64,000 nucleotides of DNA from Euglena gracilis (lineage: Eukaryota). The notes beneath the pieces were generated by a model. The model was not told the origin of the DNA, made no database searches, and saw only the letters and a program-made list of their open reading frames with translations. The translations under genes were made by a program, and so were the position numbers. Position 1 is the stretch's first letter. Every line of letters begins with the position of its first letter. Of this stretch, positions 48,556 through 60,160 are shown one piece after another. The stretch spans positions 35,511,703 to 35,575,702 of the forward strand of contig CP154954.1 of the NCBI GenBank assembly GCA_039621445.1, in the 5' to 3' direction.

Positions 48556-49822
48556 AATCTGCCTTTTCTTGTGATTATGTAAATCACACCGCAACCACCA
48601 CCATACTGATTTTGGTGAATATATCACAATAGGGGCAGTTGGACCCCTTGAAGGGCCCAAACAAGCCCTGTGGGGCTCAAGAACCATTTATAGGGCGGCT
48701 CATACGCTCGAAATTGGTCTTTCAGTTGGGGGCCAAGGGGATAAACGGGCCGCAAGGTGCCCCAAAAGCTGCCTTTTTTGTTATTAGGGGCAGTCGAATC
48801 GCAGACGTCACCCCAAAGTTGCCTTTTCTTGTGATTAGGTGAAATCACACCTCAAACCCTCCATTTTTTATGAATATTTCGGAACGGGGGCAGGGCTGAG
48901 GCATTGTTTTAAAACAAGTGTTTTTAAAAAAGTTTTATTCCTATTTGTAGTGTTTTATTTAAAAAAAACGCTCTTTTTTGAAACAAAAAACCGTTTTTAA
49001 ACCGTTTTTTATTCATGTAAGTTTTTTTGCTTTGTTTTAAAACAAAAAAACGTCAGCCCTGAACGGGGGAGGATCTAGGACCCCTTGAGGACCCAAACAA
49101 GCCCTGACGGGCTCAATGATCATTTTTTATTGTACCCATATGCTCAAAAATTGGCCTCCTAACAGGCGGGGACCCGGGGGACAAACGGGCCGCAAGGCGC
49201 CCCAAAAGCTGCCTTTTCTTGTGATTAGGTGTGGTTGTATTACAGCCGCCCCCCCCCCTATTTTTTGATGAATATTTCGGAACGGGGGAGGATCTAGGAC
49301 CCCTTTGAGGGCCCAAACAAGCCCTGAGGGGCTCAAGGTTCATTTTATCAGCGACTCATAAGCTCAAAACCGGCATCCACAGGTAAATACCCGGGGGATA
49401 AACGGGCTGCAAGACACCCCAAAAGCTGCCTTTTCTTGTGATTAGGTGAAATCACACCTCAAACCCCCCATTTTTTACGAATATTTCAGAACGGGGGAGG
49501 ACCTAGGACCACTGGAGGACCCAAACAAGCGCTGACGGGCTCCATGATCATTTTTTAGGAAACCCATATGCTCAAAATTGGCCTCCTAACAGGCGGGGAC
49601 CCGGGTGACAAACGGGCCGCAAGACGCCCCAAAAGCTGCCTTTTCTTGTGATTAGGTGTAATCATACCTCAAACCCCCCATTTTTTATGAATATTTCGGA
49701 ACGGGGGAGGATCTAGGACCCCTTGGATGGCCCAAACAAGCCCTGAGGGGCTCAAGATTCATTTTAACACCGACTCATAAGCTCATAACCGGCATCCACA
49801 GGTAAGGACCCGGGGGATAAAC
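48556..49822 (+). repeat. Second repeat family (satellite B), 210-217-bp monomers
   Basis: aaaagctgccttttcttgtgattagg at 49204, 49421 and 49631; two alternating subtypes. Confidence 0.9.
48891..49061. mobile_element. 171-bp MITE, hAT-like
   Basis: 9-bp TIR CAGGGCTGA/TCAGCCCTG; 8-bp TSD AACGGGGG (48883-48890 and 49062-49069); AT-rich interior; interrupts a satellite-B monomer. Confidence 0.88.
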
Positions 49823-49823
49823 T

Positions 49824-52800
49824 TTACTCGGAGTAAGGCCCAATTTGGTCCATTTTTACATGGTAACCTGGGCTGACCTGGTAAACGTCTTCCGGAATGG
49901 TCGAATGCACCCATCTAAATGTGCTCAATTTCTTGCAACCAACATTCCCGCTGCATGTTTTTCTTACCATTAAACCACGACAATCATGAAACCAACGGGT
50001 CCCCTGACTTTGGAGGCCTCCTGGAACGCCCATTCAGTTACTCGGAGTAAGGCCCAATTTGGTCCATTTTTACACGGTAACCTGGGCTGACCTGGTAAAC
50101 GTCCCCCGCAATGGTCGAATGCACCCATCTAAATGTGCTCAATTTCTTGCAACCAACATTCCCGCTGCATGTTTTTCTTACCATTAAACCACGAAAATCA
50201 TGAAACCAACGGGTCCCCTGACTTTGGAGGCCTCCTGGAACACCCATTAAGTTACTCGGAGTAAGGCCCAATTTGGTCCATTTTTACACGGTAACCTGGG
50301 CTGACCTGGTAAATGTCCCCCAAAATGGTCGAATGCACCCATCTAAATGTGCTCATTTCTTGCAACCAACATTCCCGCTGCATGTTTTTCTTACCATTAA
50401 ACCACGAAATCACGAAACCAACGGGTCCCCTGACTTTGGAGGCCTCCTGGAACACCCATTCAGTTACTCGGAGTAAGGCCCAATTTGGTCCATTTTTACA
50501 CGGTAACCTGGGCTGACCTGGTAAACGTCCCCCGGAATGGTCGAATGCACCCATCTAAATGTGCTCATTTCTTGCAACCAACATTCCCGCTGCATGTTTT
50601 TCTTACCATTAAACCACGACAATCATGAAACCAACGGGTCCCCTGACTTTGGAGGCCTCCTGGAACACCCATTCAGTTACTCGGAGTAAGGCCCAATTTG
50701 GTCCATTTTTACACGGTAACCTGGGCTGACCTGGTAAATGTCCCTCGAAATGGTCGAATGCACCCATCTAAATGTGCTCATTTCTTGCAACCAACATTCC
50801 CGATGCATGTTTTTCTTACCATTAAACCACGACAATCATGAAACCAACGGGTCCCCTGACTTTGGAGGCCTCCTGGAACACCCATTCAGTTACTCGGAGT
50901 AAGGCCCAATTTGGTCCATTTTTACACGGTAACCTGGGCTGACCTGGTAAATGTCCCCCGAAATGGTCGAATGCACCCATCTAAATGTGCTCATTTCTTG
51001 CAACCAACATTCCCGCTGCATGTAGTTCTTACTATTAAACCACGACAATCATGAAACCAACGGGTCCCCTGACTTTGGAGGCCTCCTGGAACACCCATTC
51101 GGTTACTCGGAGTAAGGCCCAATTTGGTCCATTTTTACATGGTAACCTGGGCTGACCTGGTAAACGTCCCCCGGAATGGTCGAATGCACCCATCTAAATG
51201 TGCTCATTTCTTGCAACCAACATTCCCGCTGCATGTTTTTCTTACCATTAAACCACGACAATCATGAAACCAACGGGTCCCCTGACTTTGGTGGCCTCCT
51301 GGAACACTCGGAGTAAGGCCCAATTTGGTCCATTTTTACATGGTAACCTGGGCTGACCTGGTAAACGTCCCCCGGAATGGTCGAATGCACCCATCTAAAT
51401 GTGCTCATTTCTTGCAACCAACATTCCCGCTGCATGTTTTTCTTACCATTAAACCACGACAATCATGAAACCAACGGGTCCCCTGACTTTGGAGGCCTCC
51501 TGGAACACCCATTCAGTTACTCGGAGTAAGGCCCAATTTGGTCCATTTTTACATGGTAACCTGGGCTGACCTGGTAAACGTCCCCCAGAATGGTCGAATG
51601 CACCCATCTAAATGTGCTCATTTCTTGCAACCAACATTCCCGCTGCATGTTTTTCTTACCATTAAACCACGACAATCATGAAACCAACGGGTCCCCTGAC
51701 TTTGGAGGCCTCCTGGAACACCCATTCGGTTACTCGGAGTAAGGCCCAATTTGGTCCATTTTTACACGGTAACCTGGGCTGACCTGGTAAATGTCCCCCG
51801 AAATGGTCGAATGCACCCATCTAAATGTGCTCATTTCTTGCAACCAACATTCCCGCTGCATGTTTTTCTTACCATTAAACCACGACAATCATGAAACCAA
51901 CGGGTCCCCTGACTTTGGAGGCCTCCTGGAACACCCATTCAGTTACTCGGAGTAAGGCCCAATTTGGTCCATTTTTACACGGTAACCTGGGCTGACCTGG
52001 TAAATGTCCCCCGAAATGGTCGAATGCACCCATCTAAATGTGCTCATTTCTTGCAACCAACATTCCCGCTGCATGTTTTTCTTACCATTAAACCACGACA
52101 ATCATGAAACCAACGGGTCCCCTGACTTTGGAGGCCTCCTGGAACACCCATTCAGTTACTCGGAGTAAGGCCCAATTTGGTCCATTTTTACGGTAACCTG
52201 GGCTGACCTGGTAAATGTCCCCCGAAATGGTCGAATGCACCCATCTAAATGTGCTCATTTCTTGCAACCAACATTCCCGCTGCATGTTTTTCTTACCATT
52301 AAACCACGACAATCATGAAACCAACGGGTCCCCTGACTTTGGAGGCCTCCTGGAACACCCATTCAGTTACTCGGAGTAAGGCCCAATTTGGTCCATTTTT
52401 ACATGGTAACCTGGGCTGACCTGGTAAACGTCCCCCGGAATGGTCGAATGCACCCATCTAAATGTGCTCATTTCTTGCAACCAACATTCCCGCTGCATGT
52501 TTTTCTTACCATTAAACCACGACAATCATGAAACCAACGGGTCCCCTGACTTTGGAGGCCTCCTGGAACACTCGGAGTAAGGCCCAATTTGGTCCATTTT
52601 TACATGGTAACCTGGGCTGACCTGGTAAACGTCCCCCGAAATGGTCGAATGCACCCATCTAAATGTGCTCATTTCTTGCAACCAACATTCCCGCTGCATG
52701 TTTTTCTTACCATTAAACCACGACAATCATGAAACCAACGGGTCCCCTGACTTTGGAGGCCTCCTGGAACACCCATTCGGTTACTCGGAGTAAGGCCCAA

Positions 52801-54430
52801 TTTGGTCCATTTTTACACGGTAACCTGGGCTGACCTGGTAAACGTCCCCCGGAATGGTCGAATGCACCCATCTAAATGTGCTCATTTCTTGCAACCAACA
52901 TTCCCGCTGCATGTTTTTCTTACCATTAAACCACGACAATCATGAAACCAACGGGTCCCCTGACTTTGGAGGCCTCCTGGAACACCCATTCGGTTACTCG
53001 GAGTAAGGCCCAATTTGGTCCATTTTTACACGGTAACCTGGGCTGGTAAACGTCCCCCGGAATGGTCGAATGCACCCATCTAAATGTGCTCATTTCTTGC
53101 AACCAACATTCCCGCTGCATGTTTTTCTTACCATTAAACCACGACAATCATGAAACCAACGGGTCCCCTGACTTTGGAGGCCTCCTGGAACACCCATTCA
53201 GTTACTCGGAGTAATGCCCAATTTGGTCCATTTTTACACGGTAACCTGGGCTGACCTGGTAAATGTCCCCCGGAATGGTCGAATGCACCCATCTAAATGT
53301 GCTCATTTCTTGCAACCAACATTCCCGCTGCATGTTTTTCTTACCATTAAACCACGACAATCATGAAACCAACGGGTCCCCTGACTTTGGAGGCCTCCTG
53401 GAACACCCATTCAGTTACTCGGAGTAAGGCCCAATTTGGTCCATTTTTACATGGTAACCTGGGCTGACCTGGTAAACGTCCCCAGAATGGTCGAATGCAC
53501 CCATCTAAATGTGCTCATTTCTTTGCAACCAACATTCCCGCTGCATGTTTTTCTTACCATTAAACCACGACAATCATGAAACCAACGGGTCCCCTGACTT
53601 TGGAGGCCTCCTGGAACACCCATTCGGTTACTCGGAGTAAGGCCCAATTTGGTCCATTTTTACACGGTAACCTGGGCTGACCTGGTAAATGTCCCCCGGA
53701 ATGGTCGAATGCACCCATCTAAATGTGCTCATTTCTTGCAACCAACATTCCCGCTGCATGTTTTTCTTACCATTAAACCACGACAATCATGAAACCAACG
53801 GGTCCCCTGACTTTGGAGGCCTCCTGGAACACCCATTCGGTTACTCGGAGTAAGGCCCAATTTGGTCCATTTTTACACGGTAACCTGGGCTGACCTGGTA
53901 AATGTCCCCCGGAATGGTCGAATGCACCCATCTAAATGTGCTCATTTCTTGCAACCAACATTCCCGCTGCATGTTTTTCTTACCATTAAACCACGACAAT
54001 CATGAAACCAACGGGTCCCCTGACTTTGGAGGCCTCCTGGAACACCCATTCGGTTACTCGGAGTAAGGCCCAATTTGGTCCATTTTTACATGGTAACCTG
54101 GGCTGACCTGGTAAATGTCCCCCGGAATGGTCGAATGCACCCATCTAAATGTGCTCATTTCTTGCAACCAACATTCCCGCTGCATGTTTTTCTTACCATT
54201 AAACCACGACAATCATGAAACCAACGGGTCCCCTGACTTTGGAGGCCTCCTGGAACACCCATTCGGTTACTCGGAGTAAGGCCCAATTTGGTCCATTTTT
54301 ACATGGTAACCTGGGCTGACCTGGTAAACGTCCCCCGGAATGGTCGAATGCACCCATCTAAATGTGACTCATTTCTTGCAACAAACTTTACCGCTGCATG
54401 TTTTTCTTACCATTAAACCACGACAATCAT
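49824..54430 (-). repeat. 213-bp tandem satellite, block 3, inverted (~22 monomers)
   Basis: Reverse complement of the block 1/2 monomer (ttactcggagtaaggcccaatttggtcc...). Confidence 0.98.
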
Positions 54431-54810
54431 TGTGCGCGGTCCGAGGGTGCCCGCCCCAAGGAGGGGTCCCAAGGGGGCCCAAAGGGGCCACGAAGGGCCG
54501 CGAGGGGGCTCCAAGGCCCACAAGGGCCTTTTGAGGCCCCAGTGGCCCCCAAGGGGGCCCCACAGCCCATTTTGACCAAGCCAAGGGAAGGTAAAGGAGG
54601 GGGCAGGTTGAGGGGGCCAACAGGCAACCCCCAAGGGGATGCGCAAGCCCTGCTGGGCTTTGCGCAAGCATGCGCACCCCCTTGGTGGGCGCTTGGGATG
54701 GCGCAATTCATTAAGAATTGCACAAAGTATACCAAGTAGCCCCCCCAGCTGTAGCCCCCCTCCAATTGTACATTTTCTGTGCAGGGCTCTGTTTACACTC
54801 CGTTCACACA
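54431..54810 (+). repeat. Putative 5' LTR of element 2 (3' boundary uncertain)
   Basis: Starts with TG at the satellite junction; CCGTTCACA (54800-54808) is a 7/9 inverted match to the start TGTGCGCGG; second LTR not in window. Confidence 0.5.
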
Positions 54811-54923
54811 CTGTTGTTTGGCATTCAATTGTGTTTTTGCATTTGGGAATTAACAAACTATCAAACAAGTTCAAGCAAACAAGTTCAAATCATTGACCAG
54901 ATTATACATCCAAGATCAATTGA

Positions 54924-57530
54924 TTGGACCTCAAAAGTATGTCATTTTCAACATCACCATCCTCAACAACACCCACCCCTACCCCATTTTTCCTCCAAGG
55001 GGAAAACCCCCACCACGTGGGCCCGATGGGCTCAAATTTAAACGATCCTACGCGGGTTGCGCCGCCAGGGGTCCCTTCACAGGGACCTCAGGAGGGGCAA
55101 CCCCTACATGGTAGCAGAGGGGGGTTTGAGCCCTCTGGGCTCACACTAGGTGAGCCTGGGGAACACCCAGATTACCAAGAGGAGGAAGACGACACCAGCC
55201 ACAGCCATGGCAGCCCCAGCCATTACAGCCAGGGCCAGCAGCTCCTGGCCATTGCTGGGCCAGCCCAGCCGGACCCCCAGCAGCAACAATCTTCTGGGTC
55301 CGGCTTGGCACTGCCCGGCAGCCTGGGACTGCTATCCGGCATGCCCAGCTTGGTCATGCCAGAGTTTGTGCATGACATGACCAGGCAGGTCATGTGGCAA
55401 TTTGCAATGCGAGGGAAGGTCAAAGAAGAAGAGGAAGAACCAGCAGAAGAAGAAGATGAAGAAGAATTTTCAAACCAGACCCAGCCGCTTCTATTGGAGG
55501 CGGGGCCCTGGCAGAACCCTGGGGATGCCGGGCCGGCACACGCGCCGGTGAGCCATGTCGGGTCTGGGCATTTCCCAGCCGGACCCGACCATTGCCCGCT
55601 GGTGCATGCCGGTCCCGGGCATGATGGGCCCCAAGGACATGCCCCAGACCCAGCCACCCAGTGGCAGCTGCAGGAGCTGCCCCCAGCAGGGGATTTAATG
55701 GAGGACGAGGACCAGACAGCCCAGGGGGGGGTTGGTGCCAGAACAGAGCCCGAAGGGGAGGCACCCCCCGCACCCCCCCCAGAGGCTGTGGGAGGAGGCG
55801 GAGGCACAGGCCGCTGCCTCAGTGGTTCTGGGGCAGGAGATCCAGCGGTTGGACGGTTGGGTTGGCGACCTGCAAAGTCGGCTTGCTGAAGCGGGGGCCA
55901 CCACAGCTGCTTCAGTTAGCCGCCTGGAGCAGTTGGTGTCCCTGCAGTTTCAGCGGGTCACGGAAAACTTTCAAGGAGTGGTGGAGCAAATGGAAAGAAC
56001 CCAGGCTGGGCTAGCGTCCCAGCTGGCTGAAAATTTTCAAAGGCTGCAGCAGGGGCAAAGGGAAAATTTTGCCGGGGGAATGACAGCCCTCAGCGAGCTG
56101 GTGACCAGCCGGCTGGCGAAGGCCTCGGGACGGTGGCCCAACTAGCCCAGCGGGTCCAGGGGCTCGAGGCCATCGCCAGCCAGGGTCACCAGCCAGCTGA
56201 AGGGCAGGGGTTTAACGAGGCGATGGCTGGGCGGGTTAAAAATTTTGAGGAGCTGCTCATCACCTCCGTCCGGACAACGGAGGAGGTGATGAGGAGCCAG
56301 GAGCTGGCCAGCGGGCGGCAGCAGGCCCAGGCCGAGGCCCTGGACCAAAAATTAAACCAGCTGACGGGTGAACTCGGGGGGCTGCGAGAAAGAAATGCAC
56401 GGATTGCACAGGCCCTGCAAAATTTTCGAGCAGAGCTGGACGGACAGGCCACAGCCATCGCTGAACAACAAGGGACCATAAGGGAAGACATAAGGGAGCT
56501 AAGGGCCAGGGCTGAGGGGCAGGGCCACAGCCTGCAGGAGCTGTGGGCCGAGGTCACCACCCACGGGCAGGTGATCCAGGCCCACAACGCCCTGCTCATG
56601 GAGGTGGACTCAACAATAAGGGGGACACCAAAAGAAAACGCCGAAATAAAAAATCGGCTTTTCGTTCTGGAAAACAAAATCGAGAATTTTGGAAAATTTT
56701 GCCCCCCCATCCAGGAGCTACCAGGGCCACCCAGAGGAGTGGGGCCCGTGAGCGAAGACCCCCAAGGCCCCGAAGCCAGAGTGCCCCCGGCTACCACAGA
56801 CCAGACACAACCCATGCCGGGGGCCCAGAGTGCCAATGGCTCGGGTGCCGCGGGGTGCAATATGCCTCCTGGCCCCCAGCACCAGCTCCCAGTCCATCCC
56901 AGCGTGCTGGGAGGCAAGGGGCCCGTGGCCCCCCAGGGGCTCTCTGCTGGCCCCAGCAGCGGGGCAGCGGAGACAGTGACCCAAATTCCCGGGGAAGTGG
57001 TATCCCCGGGCCCAGCTTCTGTGACTGCAGTTTTTCCCAATGGGTTTTCGGGTTCTGGCCCCCAGAGACCAAGGGGCAGCCAGCCCCCGGGTCCCATGGC
57101 TGCGGGGGGCAGCCTGCCCCAGGGCCCCACGGCTGCGGGGGGCAGCCAGCCCCAGGGTCCCAGGGCTGCGGGGGGCAGCCTGCCCCAGGGCCCCACGGCT
57201 GCGGGGGGCAGCCAGCCCCAGGGTCCCAGGGCTGCGGGGGGCAGCCAGCCCCAGGGTCCCATGGCTGCGGGGGGCAGTCCGGTCCAGTTCCCCGCTGCTG
57301 GAGGGATCCCAGCTGCCCAGACACCTGGCAAGTTCGGGTTCCAGGGGGTGGATTGGGAGGAAGCGGAACACCAGATTAAGGCTCACGGATTTTTTAATTT
57401 TTTGGCCGGGTTGGGAGCCCAGGAGCGGCAGCAACAGTCTCACGAACAACGGGACAGTCCAGCACAGCGAAACCACAGACTGCAGGCACAGCAGATCTAC
57501 AGGGCCAGGGCAGGGATCAACCAGGGGTGA
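54924..57530 (+). pseudogene. Element 2 N-terminal gag-associated region: acidic/Pro-rich, coiled-coil, Pro/Gly repeats (ORFs 54924-55889, 55732-56145, 56133-57530)
   Basis: Three overlapping ORFs joinable by frameshifts; Q/E/L/A heptad-rich over about 55780-56690. Confidence 0.6.
57075..57277 (+). repeat. 33-bp coding minisatellite, 6 copies (GS[QL]P[QP]GP[MTR]AAG)
   Basis: ggcagccagccccagggtcccagggctgcgggg-type unit repeating every 33 bp. Confidence 0.92.
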
Positions 57531-59091
57531 AATCAGCCGAGCACCAGTGGCCCCCCAGCCCCGTGGGTTCCCCGCAGGAGGGGAGTTCACGGGGGCAATG
57601 GACCCTTTCGCCTGGGCCCCTGAGGCTGGGGCAGCATCGTGCAGCGCAGCCCCTCTGGCCTTCGGGTCCCAGGACACGGGAGCCTGGGTCCGGGGGGTTC
57701 AGGCAGCTCCGGTCCACGTGGCGCCAGCAGCCCCCAGCCCAGCAGCCAGCATGTTTTTGGGGCCGCTGGCGACACTCCTCACCAAAGACCTTGTAAAACC
57801 AGAGCTGAAAGGGGATTTTCATGATTTTTCAGTAAAATTTCAGCTTTACATGCAGCAGGTTTCCATGGGACAGCCAGTGGGGGAGGAATTTAAAATGCTT
57901 GTTCTGACCGGCTGCCTGGACCACAGCAGCCGGCTGGAACTCCAGCGGCGACAGGAGATGGGGGAACGGGTCAGGTTCCAGGATTTTTGGAACTGGCTGG
58001 CCCAGAAATACGGCGGTGACATCCAGGCCTCGCTGCATGAGCAGCTCAGGGCCCTCAGACCAGTTAACACGGGTAAGTTAACCCTCCCAGCGTGGCGTGA
58101 ATATGAAAGTCAGTTTAAATTAATTTTCTGCCGGATGGAAAACCCCTCTGAGGAGGAAGCACAGGCCCTGGTTTTACAGCAGCTCCCAGATTCCATGCGA
58201 AGGGCCATAATCAGGGAACAGACACGGAAAAACCAGGATGCGCCCACAGTGCGGCTGTGGCACATCCCTGGGTTGACGGCGGAAAAGGCAACACAGCTCG
58301 CCCAGGAGGCTGTGGGTGAGGGGGAGCCGGTGACAGTCAGGGCACACCGGGACTCCTTCCTCATCAAGCTCTACAGCCGGCGGGCGCTGGAGAGGTTGAT
58401 GATGAGGAACGGGGCCACGCTGCAGGGGGGCAATACAGTGAAAATCACCCCCCACGAAACAAAGCTGGGATTGGAAGAGGTTTTTCGACATGCTGAAAAC
58501 GAGCTGCGGTGCCAGGAACGGTCTGACAGCTATGGCCGTTCTTGGGGTGGACGGGGGGTCCCAGCCCAGCAGGAGGACCACTGGGTTGGGGGCCTCGACA
58601 ATTTTTCAGTGTCTGAGGTAAAATCCCAGGAAGCCAGGCCAGCTCAGCCCCAGAAAACCATTTCACAGCCAGCTGAGGGAGGAGCAAAAGCGGGACCCCC
58701 CAAAGGCCTTGAGGAGCCACAGGACAGGCAATCACGGCACCGGGGCGGGTCACCTGGAAAGGGACGGGAGGGACGCAGGTCACCCAGCCCGGGGCAAAAG
58801 GGGAAGGGGTTCGGCAAGGGAGCTGGCAAGGGCTCAGAGTTTCGCCCAGCCAGGTCCCCAACCCCTCACCCAGCCACCAACAGGGAACAAACCCCCCCGA
58901 GGAGCCCCCGGAGTGGCCCCTCGGTGGACCAGCCCTGCAGCCAGTGCGGGGCCACAGATCACTGGTCTCGGGAATGCCCTGGAAAAAAATGTTATGAGTG
59001 TGGGAAAACGGGACATCTGGCACGATATTGCTGGTGGAGAAAGGGAAAGGGGAAGGGGGCGTCCACACCTCCACGGCGGGGGAGTGCCTGA
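57530..59091 (+). CDS. gag: Gag of element 2 (capsid-like region, RRM-like insert, two CCHC knuckles); part of ORF 57040-59091
   Basis: KPELKGDFHDFSVKFQLY capsid-like start; CSQCGATDHWSREC and CYECGKTGHLARYC (about 58936-59031). Confidence 0.85.
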
Positions 59092-59764
59092 AAAAGCGGG
59101 GGCCAGAAGGGTGGGGACGGGGGCCCAGGGTGCCCCCAGCACGGCCCTCGGAAGGGGGGTAAGGAACAGGCTCATGGAGAGGGTTGGGTTTTGGTCAAGG
59201 GAAGGTCCAAAGGCAGATCCGGACCTGAACCTGCACGGTCCCCCCAGCCCCCCCTGACTGAGACACGAAAAGGGGCTGGGGGGGGCCAGCAGGCCCTCTC
59301 ATTCGACTCTGCCAACCCCTGGTCTGCGCTTTTCACCAGTGAGGGCAGCCCAGGGGGGGGGCTCGGGTCAGAATTCAGGCACGGGACAAAGGGAGAAGGG
59401 ACACAAGGCGGCTGGCCCTCCGCAGCAAGCCGCCCAGGGGTCTTCGGGTTCCAGCACACCCGGTCTACCGCAGATCACAACACCAGGAAGGGAGGGGAAA
59501 AACCCAAAACAAAAAAATGAAAAAGAAAAAAACAAAACGCTCTCACAGGCATCAATCGGGGAGGCAGCGAGGGAGGTCATCAACGTACCCCAAACCAGCA
59601 AAGGCACGGATGAAACCGCCCCCAGCACGGAAAGGGATTCAGGTTTTTCGATTCGACAGGTGAGGTGCGTCAGGACCGCACCTTCCACCTCAGCCCCCAC
59701 ACCACAGCCAGCCCCAGCACCACTCCCAGCCCGTTCCTCAGGGTTTGGGAGGTCGCCCTCCCGG

Positions 59765-60160
59765 TGGATCTCCCAGGACTACCACGTCCGGGAGGAGTAC
59801 GTCAGGGACGTACTCCGCCGCCTGGGGGTCCAGCCGGAGGTCGACGCCTTTTCTGCCAAAGAAAACCGCAGGTTTGTTCGCTGGTGGGGGCCAGGGAGTG
59901 GGGAAGGGGAAGATGCCTTCAAACAGGACTGGGGCAGGGAGGTTTTGTGGATCAACCCACCTTATAAAAAAATACAAGAGGTTCTCGAAAAAATCAGGAG
60001 GGATCAGGCCCATGCCATCCTGGTGATCCCCAGGTGGCCGGGGCGGCGTTGGTACAGTGCGCCAAGTCACGTTCCCTCAGGGAACACGATTTTTCGGCAG
60101 AGGGGAGGGGTTGTGCCGGGGGACCAAGTGGCCCATCACAGCTTTTTTGCTGTGTGGGCA
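59765..60160 (+). CDS. N6-adenine DNA methyltransferase domain (Dam-like, DIRS/phage type), frameshifted near its C-terminus
   Basis: QDYHV...VDAFS (SAM-binding, Asp codon 59843)...DAFKQDW...LWINPPY (59954-59965)...VLEKIRRDQAHAILVIPRWPGRRWY; probable C-terminal part (VTFPQGTRFF...KWPITAFL) lies in the next frame from about 60057. Confidence 0.88.

Noticed and set aside
46431-49343. Short ORFs in the island
   Set aside because: They lie in repeats and hairpins and show no protein-like features.
1-54430. Many 60-140-aa ORFs within the 213-bp satellite blocks
   Set aside because: They result from a repeat unit divisible by three; stops and indels fall at random and no domain is recognisable.
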